Below, piece by piece: positions 1-12,279 of a stretch of 64,000 bases of DNA. Where the stretch lies: positions 75,672 through 139,671 of IMG/VR virus record IMGVR_UViG_3300012983_000033; one strand, given 5' to 3'. This DNA is from a virus (taxonomy: Duplodnaviria; Caudoviricetes). Under the pieces are notes generated by a model. That model was not told the DNA's origin and ran no database searches. It worked only from the letters and a program-made list of their open reading frames with translations. Position 1 is the stretch's first letter; every line of letters begins with the position of its first letter. The translations under genes and the position numbers were made by a program.

Positions 1-535
1 TTTCATTTCTGTGCATAAATACAAAGTTTGGAACGAGATTAAGAAGCACTCCTTCTTTAAGAGTTGGTTCAAGAAGGGCTTTTCTTACCATAGTTGCACT
101 GATATTCTCAAATCTATCAAGAAATTTGAAACGCAGACACCAACGGTCATCTGTATCAAACCAACTGAGCATAATCTGAGGATTATCACTATAATAAATT
201 GTCATATCTGGGTCGTGAGTATAACTGAGCATCTTCATAAAAAGATATCGACCCCACGCATATGAATTATCTGCCTCATCAGTTAAATCATTAAGCGGAT
301 GGATATGAACTCTGTGAAGTTCTTCTGAACTTAATACTTCGTGAAGTGCGCCCTGAATAAGCATCATACGAAATTCAATCGGTAATGGATTTCGCTTTGT
401 ACCACACTTATCAGCACTACCAACAAAGATATGCAAATCTCCGCAGTATTTACGAGCGTCATCGAGAGCTTTCTTTACCATACTTAAATGTCCATTATGA
501 AAGGGCTGTGCCCTAAAAAGAATTACACCAGTCAT
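1..535 (-). CDS. nicotinamide/nicotinate mononucleotide adenylyltransferase (NadM-like), 3' end runs off the window
   Basis: Manual translation MTGVILFRAQPFHNGHL...FVGSAD...RNPLP...ISATMVR has the HxGH nucleotidyltransferase motif; not in the ORF track because it is truncated. Confidence 0.85.
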   Translation of the reverse strand, partial: MTGVILFRAQPFHNGHLSMVKKALDDARKYCGDLHIFVGSADKCGTKRNPLPIEFRMMLIQGALHEVLSSEELHRVHIHPLNDLTDEADNSYAWGRYLFMKMLSYTHDPDMTIYYSDNPQIMLSWFDTDDRWCLRFKFLDRFENISATMVRKALLEPTLKEGVLLNLVPNFVFMHRNE

Positions 536-634
536 ATTATTTTCCTTTCTTTTCTAACTTTCTATATATATTATAACAAAAATTTGAAAAAAAATCAAAT
601 AACCCTCTATTTAAGTAGAGGGTTATATCTTTAA

Positions 635-889
635 TTATTCATTAACTAAGTGACAGTTAAAAGAACTTACGAGCCAAACTTTTCCTTCGGTATCTGTGAT
701 CTGAAGCTGTTCTCCGTCATAATCACGCCACTTAGCAATTTTAATGGTCTTTGAAGTGCCGTCAAACATATCAATAATAGCTGTATCATATTCATAGTTG
801 AGGTCTACAATTTGTTTATTAAATCCACATCCTGTGAAAAGACAAGCAATAATCAATACACCGAGTATGATAGCAATAATTTTCTTCAT
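635..889 (-). CDS. small lipoprotein
   Basis: Signal peptide with lipobox LFTG-C. Confidence 0.6.
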   Translation of the reverse strand: MKKIIAIILGVLIIACLFTGCGFNKQIVDLNYEYDTAIIDMFDGTSKTIKIAKWRDYDGEQLQITDTEGKVWLVSSFNCHLVNE

Positions 890-901
890 TTTTATTTCTC
901 C

Positions 902-1372
902 TTATTTCATCAATTCATTGAGGACTTTCTGTGCAATTTTCATATCGCAATTGTAAGTTTTAAGAATTGGCATTACGGTCTTCATAATCTTACCCTTATT
1001 TTGCATAGTAACAGGTATTTCATTTTTAAATAAAATTTTATCAATGAGATTAGTAATTTTCGTTTCGTCAGTAATCAACTGGGGAGCATACTCATTTACA
1101 ACTGTCATATTATACTGATATTCTGCCTTACGTGTTGCATACTGTTCCGTATCAGGGCAGGTATCAATCATTTCCTGAACTGTTTTCTTGTACTTTGTCA
1201 AGACTTCATTTACAAGTGCGTCAGTAATTTCAACTCGTGTCTTACCTGAGGTTGAAGCCTTATCAATTGCCGCTACAATGTCTGCCAACACAGAGCGGCG
1301 GGCTTTATTACCACTTTTAAGTGATTCATTCATATCATTTTTTATTTTTTCATATATCGTCATTATAATCAT
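902..1372 (-). CDS. GatB/YqeY-domain protein
   Basis: IYEKIKNDMNESLKSGNK...EYAPQL...KGKIMKTVM matches the YqeY pattern. Confidence 0.75.
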   Translation of the reverse strand: MIIMTIYEKIKNDMNESLKSGNKARRSVLADIVAAIDKASTSGKTRVEITDALVNEVLTKYKKTVQEMIDTCPDTEQYATRKAEYQYNMTVVNEYAPQLITDETKITNLIDKILFKNEIPVTMQNKGKIMKTVMPILKTYNCDMKIAQKVLNELMK

Positions 1373-1380
1373 ATCCTTTC

Positions 1381-2196
1381 TTATATATTTTCAACAAAAG
1401 AAACAAACTCTGTTTCTATATCACGTGGAAAGATTGATTTTGTAGTGAAGACGTGTTCAACAAGACCGCTATTGGGAAGGTCTCCTTTAAGCATAGTAGC
1501 TTCACAATGTGTTACATAAAGATATACATTCTTCGCGCCCGCTTCCTTGAGAGCCTTGGCTGTATAATAAAATGTGCCGCCGCGTGAACAAATATCGTCA
1601 ACAATAAGTACGTGTTTTCCAGCTACGAGTTCTTTATTCATAAGCTCGAGACCTTTAATTTTACCTGTTTCCCAATCTCTTTTCTTAATGCCAAAAGCAT
1701 AGGGAACACCAAGTGATTCAGAATAGCGTTTCATCGCACCCTCATCGGGGAAACAAACAATAACACTCTCATCTGAAAGGTCTGTAAGAAATTCATAAAT
1801 AGTTTTTGCATTGTTGTGTGCGGGGTCGATAGGATGATAATTGTGAATAAGAGCCGCCGCAACATTACTATGCACATCATCACAGAATACAAGTTTAAAA
1901 TTAAGTGAATTTAAAACTTCTGTAAAGTATTTAAGAGTAAATACATCTTCGGAATTTTTTACTCTATCCATTCTTGCGTGAGGACAATAAGGCATATAAA
2001 GAACCATATCCATATTTTCAAAATGTTTGCGAAGACAAATCAGAGTAAAAAGTTCAGCATCGTTTTCATAAAACCATTCGATAAGCGTAATCTGGTTATC
2101 ATCAAGGCTATCATAAACTCCCTGTTCAATTTTCATCATAAGAGTATTATCAGGAAAATGTCCCTGTTCAATTTCAATACCGTTAAACTTAATCAT
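1381..2196 (-). CDS. prs: ribose-phosphate pyrophosphokinase-like protein
   Basis: FPDNTL, MPYCPHARMDR, PDEGA, LIVDDICSRGGTF PRPP-binding motif. Confidence 0.85.
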   Translation of the reverse strand: MIKFNGIEIEQGHFPDNTLMMKIEQGVYDSLDDNQITLIEWFYENDAELFTLICLRKHFENMDMVLYMPYCPHARMDRVKNSEDVFTLKYFTEVLNSLNFKLVFCDDVHSNVAAALIHNYHPIDPAHNNAKTIYEFLTDLSDESVIVCFPDEGAMKRYSESLGVPYAFGIKKRDWETGKIKGLELMNKELVAGKHVLIVDDICSRGGTFYYTAKALKEAGAKNVYLYVTHCEATMLKGDLPNSGLVEHVFTTKSIFPRDIETEFVSFVENI

Positions 2197-2207
2197 AAAA
2201 TCTCTCC

Positions 2208-2792
2208 TTAATCTTCGTTAATCACATTTATCTGGCACATCTTCATTGCGGCGAGTGCATTTTTGTGAGATTCAGGTGTTACACCGGCACAGCAACTTGC
2301 ATCAACTGTAATAAGAAGCTCTGGGCAATATGCCTTGAGAAGCATTGCATTTGAGATAACGCAAATATCTGTACATACACCCATAAGAATTACTTCGTCA
2401 ATATCAATATGGGGGTTATCATTAACCAAACCGCGAATTGTATTTGCAAGTTCGAGTGAACCAAAAGTGGGTTTAAGAACTCTACCCTTGCGAATATCGC
2501 GAGTTGAATAACTAAGGAAATTGCTACCATAATCAGTATAGCTTGAAATTTGCTTATTAATACTCCAACCCGCAGTTCCTTCGATACAGTGCATAACGGG
2601 AAGATTTTTTCCTTCCTGAGTTTCAAGATAATTAGACTGATGAGTGTCTTTGGTGAAGAAAAGAACTGTTTTTCCGTCATCAAGTTCGTGAAGTCTATCA
2701 ACCATTACAGGAACAATCGCCTGAGCTTCTGGTGAACCAAGAGGACCGTCAATAAAGTCATTCTGCATATCAACTACTACAACAATTTTCAT
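2208..2792 (-). CDS. pncA: nicotinamidase (isochorismatase family)
   Basis: VVVDMQNDF, DTH, HC, GVCTDICV catalytic motifs. Confidence 0.85.
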   Translation of the reverse strand: MKIVVVVDMQNDFIDGPLGSPEAQAIVPVMVDRLHELDDGKTVLFFTKDTHQSNYLETQEGKNLPVMHCIEGTAGWSINKQISSYTDYGSNFLSYSTRDIRKGRVLKPTFGSLELANTIRGLVNDNPHIDIDEVILMGVCTDICVISNAMLLKAYCPELLITVDASCCAGVTPESHKNALAAMKMCQINVINED

Positions 2793-2880
2793 ATATAAAA
2801 TCTCCTTTATTTATTTTCTATAATAATTATATAAAAAATTTGAGGAAAAAGCAAATTAACTTTTGCCTTTTCCTCTTTAC

Positions 2881-5800
2881 TTATCTATCTTTTACTTCGA
2901 AGTATGCGGCGAGACCAACTCCAGCTAAAACAATAATTCCTATATAGGCTAAACCAATCCAAATAGAAAGTTGCATTAAATGTGCGCCAAATACTGCCAT
3001 AAAGAATATCGCGCCCGCACATATAAAGACAAAAAGGGTTCTCAATATCATAAGAATGAATTCTCTTAACCAATCTTTAAACATTATTTATCTCCTCTCC
3101 ATTTCTCTTTTATATCTTCAAGGTAATCAGAAATGATAAACCAATTATCGTAAATTGTATATATAAGCGTCCCTAAAGGTATTGCCAAAACGATGATTAA
3201 AATAGTTATTGCGACCCATTTTAAAAATGTGAACAGCATAATCCATAAAAGCGTAAGCACAGAAAGTGCGAGTAAGCCGCCTATGATTATAAGCACTATG
3301 AGACAGACATTAAACATTCTTTCAAGCCATTCTTCAAACATTGTTTACTTCCTTTCTTAATCCATTACAATAGATACCATCTTGAGGATAATAATGAGCC
3401 AATAGGCAACCCAAAACCAAGCTGGCGCATCAACAACATACGCTAAAAGTCCCATTAATATTATCATTTATCTGTCTCCTTATCTTTTAAAGTCCAAACT
3501 TTTCCGTTTGCGTCTACTACATCATATTTTTCATATATTTCAACAAAAGGTGTATCATCATCAATTAAGACAGTATATTGATATCTGCCCGTTTCTACTG
3601 AAGGAGCACCCCAAATAATTCCAATAAAAACAAGAAGACAAATGACTGCAGAAAAACCACCAATTGGAACCCAAATTGACCACTTATCGGCACTTAACAT
3701 TATACCAAAACCTATTGCACCAATAATTGCGATTACAATTGCGGCTATCTTATAACTTTGAGCTATTTCCATAATTGGCTCTTGATATAATATTTCCATT
3801 ACTCTATCTCCTTTAAGTCTTCTTTTTCTATCCAATAGGAATTTTTCCAATATGGGCAACGCATCTGCTGAATAAGATGCAAACAAAGCGTCATATAATC
3901 TTCAACTTGTTGTTCTGTCGGTTCTGCTTCGGGATCTTCATAATTATAATCATCCCACTGAATACTCTGAAGGGTATCGCATACTGTGCAAGAACCATAA
4001 CCTACTTCTGTTATCATGTAATCGCCGCCAGACGGCTGATATCCGCGTCTGTGGAAGAGAAATAGCAGCGTGCCCTGATAATCACCGTGATCAACCTCAA
4101 TAATCTCGGTTTCATCCCACAGTTCATAAGAATTTTCGCTATCATTAAGAACATACTTAATAATCATTTCAACCAAATTCTCATAATCCCAGAAATGATG
4201 ACCTTTAGAAGTTGCAATTTTTTGTTTAAGAACTTCTTTATTCTTATCCCATTTATCTATACAATACTTATTCATTATTCTGCCTCCTGAAATCTTCCCT
4301 CTTCATCAATAATGAAGTTGGTTGCATTAACATATCCACCGTCATAGAAAAGCATATCTTCCTTAATATAGGCTCCGTTAAGGTCAAAATCCATATTCTC
4401 TTTTACAGAGAGAAGAAAACGCAATGCCGCTTCTTCAGTATCGAATTCAAGAGCATAACCCTCATTAGTTAATGGAAGATCGTCATAATACTTATTATAA
4501 ATGTGAAATTTAAAATCAGGCAAAAGAGAATCACTTTCTTCTTCACAATTTTCAGTTACTTCTTCATTCGCACACTCTTCTTCGTCATATGGATCTATAA
4601 CATCGCTATAAAAACCACAAACATCCGTAACACTATCATATTCAGCGAGTTCAAGCAAACACTCAGCCATTTCATCACGATCATCTACCATTGTGTCTAC
4701 GATAATATCTATACAGCGTCTGCGTGCTTTTTCTTTTGTTGAGAAAAACTCGTATTCGTCATCTCTGGTCCAAACTACCCAAATTTCTTTCATATTACAT
4801 TACCTCCCACTGTTCAAGAAAAGTTTCAAGTCCGCCTGCCTCGGTTACAAATGCTATCATAATTGCACCAGTTGTATAACTGGCATTATCAAAGGTTTCA
4901 ATAGAGTCAATCTGATATAATGATACTATATCACGATATTCTTCAATAGTTTCCTCAAGTGCCGCCGCAAGTTCCACCTCTTCTTCTTTATCTTCATCAT
5001 AAAGATAAGGAGAAAGATAGCCACCCCAAGAGAAGCGATCAAATACTTTATAAATATCAATTCTTAAATTCATAAGTCTTTTTTCAGCAGGAGAAATTAC
5101 TCTTTCTTCTGAAGTGTTATCAAGTGAATACATCATATCTTTTCTCCTTTACCAACTTACATCAACAAGAATATGTTCATATGGATAATCTTCGGGAATT
5201 GTTGAATCAAGAAAACTTATAACAGCCAATTGTTCAGGGGTGCTATAGTCTGCAAGAGCGTTGCCGTCACGGAACCACAGACACTTATAGCAATCATTCA
5301 TATAATCGCCTTCCCAAAATACTCTTGCAAGATTTTTAATCTCAACATCGCTATGCTGATTAACAAGACTTGCAAGATAGCCTGCTTCAATAACAAAAGG
5401 AGTATCGAAAGAAAAAGTTGACTGTCCACCTTTTGCTGAATAATAATGTACATTAAACATAAAAATATCTTCCTTTCTTATCTCATAACTCTTAAGCCAA
5501 TGACGGGTCCGATCCAAAGAATAAGGGCACTTACTGTACTTGCAAAGAAGCATTTGATAACAGTTTTTCCTACCATTAATGCCGTGAGTGTACCTGCGTC
5601 AAAAGCCTTGCACGCATCAATAATCGGTCCGATGAACATTTCCCAGATTCCTACATAGGCGGCCGCGACAAAACTTCCCACGATAATAATACCGCCAATT
5701 ATAAGTTTTATTGTGTCTTTTGCTTTCATTAATAATTACACCTCTCTTAACTTTCTATAAATATTATATCAAAATTTTGGAATTTTTTCAAATAATAAAA

Positions 5801-6373
5801 AGAGGAGTTACAAGTGTAACTCCTCAATGTATTAGAATGTATCAACTTCAAATTTTGTTTTTACTTCGTGTTCTTCAATATAGAAGAAACACTCGACATA
5901 ACCATCAAGCATTGACTGAAGGTCAAAAGTAAGTCTATCAAAATTAAGTTCTTCACCACTCTGTTTTTCCTGCTTCAATTCAGCGATATAGGCATCAATC
6001 ATATGACGCTGTGCTTCTGCTTTTGAGGTATATATACCAACAACATCATAGCCGTCTCCATCGAAACAAACATAGACTTTCTGATTTTCATTTTCGTGAT
6101 AATTGCATGTGTAAGTATTCATTCTTCATTCTCCCTTTCTTTTTTTTAAACAGCAATATAATCATTAAAAGGAATCCAATCGTGTTCCTCAAATTTAATA
6201 TCGTTTTCTTCTGCCATTTCAATCACATCTACGATGTTAAAGACACCACCGCAACAAGAACATATGATGACATCATTATAAGCGATACCATAAATTCTTT
6301 CGATGTTTTCGTATTCATCTGCGTCAAGAAAACTAACCATAGTAGGTTCGCTGTAATAAGATTTGATTTTCAT
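2881..6373 (-). other. run of about 10 small hypothetical CDSs, several membrane or acidic (2881-3084, 3084-3341, 3464-3799, 3799-4275, 4275-4793, 4795-5136, 5149-5460, 5478-5729, 5832-6122, 6146-6373)
   Basis: Abutting ORFs with SD sites behind sigmaA-like promoters; no recognisable motifs. Confidence 0.7.
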
Positions 6374-6442
6374 TAGACATCAATTCCTCTCTTTTTTATC
6401 TTACATATATATTATATATGATTTTTATGATTTTTTCAAATT

Positions 6443-8008
6443 TTATTTTGCAATTTTGAAATTATATGATGAAGTTAAAACAACATTATTAGCAATTTCA
6501 CCAATGGTCTTATCACGATCGCCGCTATTATATGCCTAAACAATGTTTTCTTTTGTTGAATATTTTATATTAATGCGTTTTGGCTCATTTACCTAAATAT
6601 AATAATATATATTTTCTAAAATTTGTGAAGCTAAAACGAAGGTTTTTCCTGCAACAAAAAATAAAGAGTTTTTGTCGATATTTTGTAGCTCAGACATGTC
6701 ATCTACTGCTAAATACATAAGACTACTTGCAAAAGCACTAAAAGCCTATTCTATTTGTGGAATCATATTTAATAAATTTTTTCTACGAGAAAGAAAGCTG
6801 TTCATTTGTGGTGTAGGATTATATTTCGCACCAGATACAGCGGTTCCTTTTGATGAAATATAATATGGAACGTTAAAACCTAAACTACCATAAAAATTAG
6901 TAAGAATTTCTTTAACCTCTGTATTAGGCAATGTATTGAGCACTGTTTCTAAAGAGGCATTTGCAAAATAAGAAGAAAAATTTGAGTCAATATCTAATGC
7001 TGTATTTTTTACCTAAATACCAAAATTATTTAATAATATATCTCTGTGAGGCTTTGCTTTGTCTTCTCCAACATGAAGTCCACCGAGCCAACGAATACTT
7101 TTTCCAATCTCTTCTATTCCAAGAAACTGTGCTAAATAATACATAGCTTTTATTTCTCCTAATAAACCAGTAATATCATGCTGATTATATCCTACAAAAA
7201 ACGCAGTGGGATCTGCAACCAAAATATGACCAATTATCTTTTTTATGTATGGGTCGCCTCCACAAACTTTGATTATTTCTTGGGCAACTCTAGAATTCAT
7301 TTTTTGTAATTCTTTTTTATCTATATTTCGTGCCTCTGAAGGAGTTAAAAAATTTGTCTCTTCCTGCCAACTAAAATGAGCGTTTGCGTCCTACCCATTT
7401 TCTGAAACAGATAAAGTAAAAGCCTATGGTTTTATTTTTTGCTCTTTTGAAGCTTTTTTGTTGTAACTTTTTATTGCTTTATTTAAGGCTATTTTTTGTG
7501 CCTTAGATAATTCAGAAATTTTAAAAAAACTTTTTCCATTAGAACTTTTCTATATTTTTGAAGCAGAGAATCTTATTTGTTTATTTCCTCCATGAAACTA
7601 ATTAAGAACAATATTCATTACTTTTCCATAGTCTACAACATCCATTTCTTTACAAGCATCCAATACTTCATCTTCTAAAAGGGCAGTAAAACTACTTACA
7701 TCATAGCCTTTCATCTATTCATATCCTATAAAGGCTTGTTTTAAGGCAGAGCCGGACAATGGACAAACCGCTTTTTCATATTGTTTTATTTTTTCATTTA
7801 ATTCTTGTATTGAACCGACTTTTAATCTTGCTAAAATATTTTTTTCAATATTCTCGGCTCTTTTGATATCTTGTAGTATCTTCTAAATCCCCACTTGTTT
7901 TAAATTACTTAGCGTGGTTATCTTCTCTTGGCTTGAAAAAGATTGGGTAATATCATAATATCCAGTTAAACTCATTAAGTTAGTTGGAGACTATATTATT
8001 GCACTCAT
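6443..8008 (-). CDS. 521-aa protein with 11 in-frame TAG(Gln) codons; putative PD-(D/E)XK nuclease fold
   Basis: Open from ATG 8008 (SD GGAGGTGG) to TAA 6443 once TAG is read through; motif GLLGEI...HRDILL..FGI[TAG=Q]VKN. Confidence 0.7.
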
Positions 8009-8074
8009 TATCCCACCTCCATAAATTTCTTCTTATAATAAGTAAAAAAAAGAGTGGAAAACTCCACTCTTTCG

Positions 8075-8461
8075 TTATTCAAGTTCAGTTGTCTTTATAT
8101 AAGATGTTGCAATATTACCACTTTTTATTTCAACATATCTTTCAGTAGCAATTTCAACTTTTACCTGCCTCATATCACTCTCAAATCGTACTTCTGCGGC
8201 GTACCAATAATTATTCTCTTGACATTCTGTCAAACCTTCCTCCCAATAGATCGCAAATAATCTTTCGCCGCCGTCCGTAGGAATTGATATAATACTTGTC
8301 GCGGATCTTGTCCAACGATGATTTTCATCAAATTCTTCTACGATAATTCTATTATTGCATAAAACTTCCCTCAACATAAATTCAGGAATATACTCATTAT
8401 TATCATAAAGTCCAAGAAATTCGGTATTATAATCTCTCATATTAACCTCTACATCCAACAA
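8075..8461 (-). CDS. hypothetical protein
   Basis: ORF track, operon context. Confidence 0.6.
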   Translation of the reverse strand: MLDVEVNMRDYNTEFLGLYDNNEYIPEFMLREVLCNNRIIVEEFDENHRWTRSATSIISIPTDGGERLFAIYWEEGLTECQENNYWYAAEVRFESDMRQVKVEIATERYVEIKSGNIATSYIKTTELE

Positions 8462-9185
8462 ATTTTATTTCAGTACAGTCGTCATAAATTTCAATAATAT
8501 CATCATATATAAACCGCACATTTTCATTATATAAAGTTAAATTTAAATCGTGATGATAGTGACCAGTAATCCACATTTTAAAGTCTATATTATAAAATAA
8601 ATCTTCAAGAAGTTCACCTGAAGGAGTGGCTTCAAAAGTATGGAATACCTGTTTTACTACGGTATTTGGAAGGGAATGAGAGATGATATAGTCGATACTA
8701 TTGCCGACAGTAGCAAGATTGCGATTTGCATTTTCAATATCAGAAGGAAGAATTGTTTCCTGCGGCCACCAGCTCACATTCTCTGTACGCCATTCTTTGT
8801 CGTGGCTATCTGCTCCGCCCATACAAAGGATTTTTAAGTCATCAAATTTCAAAATTTCACCACGAAGAATATGGTATACAGAATCAGAAATTTGATGTGC
8901 TTTTGCACCACAAAATTCTGTGATAGGATATGCATTAAGGCGAAGATGATTTTCGTGATTCCCGTCAATAAAAACTGTTGTCCACGGCGCAACTTCATCA
9001 AGCCATTTTAAATACCATTTTTCTTCACCGTCAGGCTCATTTGACCAAATAAAGCCAAAGTCACCTGCAATAATCAGTATATCGGACTTGTTAAACGCAT
9101 TTTTAAACTTTCTGCGAAAGTCTACGAGTTTATCAAAGTCAATAGTACCGTGAGTATCGCCAGTAACTAATATCTTACTCATCAT
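8442..9185 (-). CDS. calcineurin-like metallophosphoesterase
   Basis: GDTHG, GDFG, GNHE, GHYH motifs. Confidence 0.85.
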   Translation of the reverse strand: MMSKILVTGDTHGTIDFDKLVDFRRKFKNAFNKSDILIIAGDFGFIWSNEPDGEEKWYLKWLDEVAPWTTVFIDGNHENHLRLNAYPITEFCGAKAHQISDSVYHILRGEILKFDDLKILCMGGADSHDKEWRTENVSWWPQETILPSDIENANRNLATVGNSIDYIISHSLPNTVVKQVFHTFEATPSGELLEDLFYNIDFKMWITGHYHHDLNLTLYNENVRFIYDDIIEIYDDCTEIKFVGCRG

Positions 9186-10344
9186 CTTCCACCTCCATTT
9201 CTTTTTTTATTCGTTCTTTTATTCTTAACATAATAGTTTTTTCTGTTAAATTATTCATATAATCATTTATATTATTTTCTCTATGGTCATAAGCCCATAT
9301 TGAAAAATTAAAACCGTCTTTTGTTAAGCCTGCTGAATTAAGAGCATATACATAATTTTTTCTTGGCATCCAGCAAAGATGACGTACTTCACAGAATTGC
9401 TCCCAAAAGTGGTCTTTGATATCTTCGTATGCCGCGATGATAAGTTCCATTTTTGCTCTATGCATTGGTGCATAAGCAAGGAAGTCATCGACTTTATCCT
9501 CACGAATAAGACGGACAGCTGTTCTCAAACCAAGTTTACCATTATTTGTAGCGTGCGCGGCGATGAGATATTCTGGTGATTTGATTTTAATGCGGTTATG
9601 ATTCGCATCGACAACAACCATACCCTCTTCGTCTTTTGTCATTTGTTCTGCGACATCAATACAATCTTCAAGAGAAGATAAATAAAATCTCTTTGGTTGC
9701 TCAACTCCAAATTCCCTCCATACAGGATCGAACTCATAATACTCTCCATAGAGAATATTATCTCTTTGACCAAGATAATAGAGAGTTGTGTGGTCATAAT
9801 GGATTGTTACTTGGCTTTCTGGTGAAACCAATTCAAACATATAGGTGTAATGTTCGTCAAGTTCACGACAGAAAGAAAGCCAATTACAACCAAGAGCACG
9901 CTCAACTAAATTACCAAAAGTCAATCCTTCTATTGAGTTTGACACAGGCGCCTCGAAAGCGTCAATAGAGTTATTAGTTGATAAATGCCAACCTTCGTAG
10001 TTGTGCCAGAACTTGATAAGCGAACCGTCAATTTTTTCATTAACAAATGCACTACACCAATCAATTTCTGCGGCGTTTGGATCTCCATAGTTAAAGAACT
10101 TATCGAAAGGATAACAAACAATACTCCACTGACCGCTTAATCCTTTTTGCACAATTATGCCACGACACGCCTGACATAAAGGTAAAGACATATCAGATTC
10201 AAGCTGATTATACTTGAAAAGGTAATAGTTACCTTTCTGACGAACTTCAATATTATAAGGCGGTTCCTGTATTAACTTAACCCATTCGTCATTAGGATGC
10301 TCATTGGCAAAGTCAATAAAAGCATCAATTATTCTTTTCTTCAT
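9175..10344 (-). CDS. T4 Rnl1-like RNA ligase
   Basis: CRGII, PFDKFFN, EKIDGS (motif I), FELVSP, EGMVV, IKIKS. Confidence 0.9.
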   Translation of the reverse strand: MKKRIIDAFIDFANEHPNDEWVKLIQEPPYNIEVRQKGNYYLFKYNQLESDMSLPLCQACRGIIVQKGLSGQWSIVCYPFDKFFNYGDPNAAEIDWCSAFVNEKIDGSLIKFWHNYEGWHLSTNNSIDAFEAPVSNSIEGLTFGNLVERALGCNWLSFCRELDEHYTYMFELVSPESQVTIHYDHTTLYYLGQRDNILYGEYYEFDPVWREFGVEQPKRFYLSSLEDCIDVAEQMTKDEEGMVVVDANHNRIKIKSPEYLIAAHATNNGKLGLRTAVRLIREDKVDDFLAYAPMHRAKMELIIAAYEDIKDHFWEQFCEVRHLCWMPRKNYVYALNSAGLTKDGFNFSIWAYDHRENNINDYMNNLTEKTIMLRIKERIKKEMEVEDDE

Positions 10345-10402
10345 AGTTTATTCTCCTTTCTCAATTTCTTTTATTATATCAAAATTTTAAGATAAAATCA
10401 AA

Positions 10403-11333
10403 TTAATGCGCCGCCATATCGCATTTATGAATAATATCAAGTTCCGCGCCCAGTCCTGTTTTCTTATAAAACTTCTCAAGATTTTCGGGTGAACGGAAGA
10501 AATGCTCCATATGGAACTGAATAAGATTTGCAACGATAAGACGCTTATAATTTCTTACTTCATTAAAGTAAATTTCAGGATGTGTCATAAGATAGATATA
10601 AGCAGAATAATTCTGATGACCATAGTAGTGGGCTTCTTTTGTGGGTTCGCCTTTTGAGTTTGTGAATACTTTTGTAAAAGGCTTTCCAATATCGTGATAG
10701 CGAATTGCTTCAGTAAGTAATTCAATATCAACATCATGTCCACAACTATAATTTACTCCAAGATGAAGCAAAGCCATATCTATATGATCGCTCACTGTTT
10801 CAGTTGAATGATTATGATTATCATTTTTTATTTTATCACAAAGTTCAATATATTTTTCAGTTTTTTCTTCAAGACAAGTATTATCCCAAAGAATAAGGAT
10901 ATTATCCCAACCTTCGTATTCAAAAGGACACTGGAAACTACGAAGTTGTTTTTCAATTACTTCATTAGGGACTTTACGCTCTCTATTTTTCATTCTTTCT
11001 TTTATAACTTGCGGCGGTGTGATAATTACTATGCATTCTTTTTCGCAGTTAATATGCTGAATCTGTTTTAAGAAGCCTTCACGACGACGAGCTGATAAGT
11101 TGGTTGCATCGAACACAACCCATTCACCATCTAATAAGCCTTTTTTTATGCGGCGGTGTGCTTCCTGAAAAACTTTCTGCGGGTCTTTCTGCTCATTTTC
11201 ATCGCCCCAAAGTTCACCACGAATAGCATCAGTAGACACAATAATAGCACCCATTTGTGCTAAATCTTTTGCTAAAGTTGATTTACCACAACCAGCGCTA
11301 AGATACACCAACCATCATAGTTAGTGTGCTCAT
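10403..11333 (-). CDS. polynucleotide kinase (AAA_33) fused to an HD domain; N-terminus is out of frame (see findings)
   Basis: GCGKST, STDAIR, DATN, HDIGK; true start is ambiguous. Confidence 0.8.
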
Positions 11334-11334
11334 T

Positions 11335-12279
11335 TTACATCACCTCTTCTTTCATAATATACTTACTGCTATCTAACAGCAAGTCTTCAATTTCTAATGT
11401 TTGTAACTTTGTATATGGAATTCTGATTAATGGTATCTTGTTTTCTCTACACCACTCATTTTTTATGGAATCTCGCCTTTGATTTTCTTTAAGGCTTTCA
11501 ATACCTCCATTGTCAAACTAACGTGTGGACTCAAAATGCTAAATTCCATCAAATTCAATTAAATAATCAATTGTATTGTTCTTTAAAATTGCAAAGTCAA
11601 AAGCATAGAATTTACCACTTTCACTTTTTAAGTTTTCAAAAGTTGCTTGTCTGCAAAAACTGATATTAAATTCGGATAGTAACTTTGCTATGATTGCTTC
11701 TCCCTTTGAATTCATACAACCACAAGAAGCAACCTTACCACGTTTTAAATCAGAAGTAGATACTATATGTTTTCCACCACAATCGCATTCGCAAAACCAA
11801 TATCGAATTCCCTTAGGACGAAGAAAAGTCTCTTCTTTAGTAGCCCTTCGTATTACGGTTAATTTAGTAAATTTTTGTCCTATTAAATCTTCATTATGCT
11901 CTTCATTCCATTTTTCTATGGTTGCACTTGCTCTATCTAAATTATAACATCCACAAGATTTAGTATTACCAGACTTCAAACTTTTTGTTGTTACTGAAAT
12001 AATATTTCCGCAATCGCACTAACAAAGCCATCTAATTCCATTCTTATCTTTTTTAGTTAAATCTCTTTTTAATACGACAAGTCTACCAAACCGCATATTC
12101 TTTTCTATTCCAGATTTAGAACAAGGGCACTATCCGCCGTTTTTCTTTTCTGGAACTATATTTGCAGTTTTATAAGTTCGTTCCAATCCACATTTTTGAC
12201 ATCTTGCCTACCAAGTGCCTTTACCTATATAATCTTCAATAAGATAATCTCCATATTGAAGTCCCTTAAAATTTTTCAT
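11335..12279 (-). CDS. homing endonuclease-like protein (Zn-binding WxCxCDCG repeats plus C-terminal PD-(D/E)XK/Vsr-like domain), 314 aa with 5 TAG(Gln)
   Basis: WLC[TAG]CDCG, KSCGC, FDFAI...IEFDGI[TAG]HF...KIPLIRIPY; ATG 12279 with SD, TAA 11335. Confidence 0.8.
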
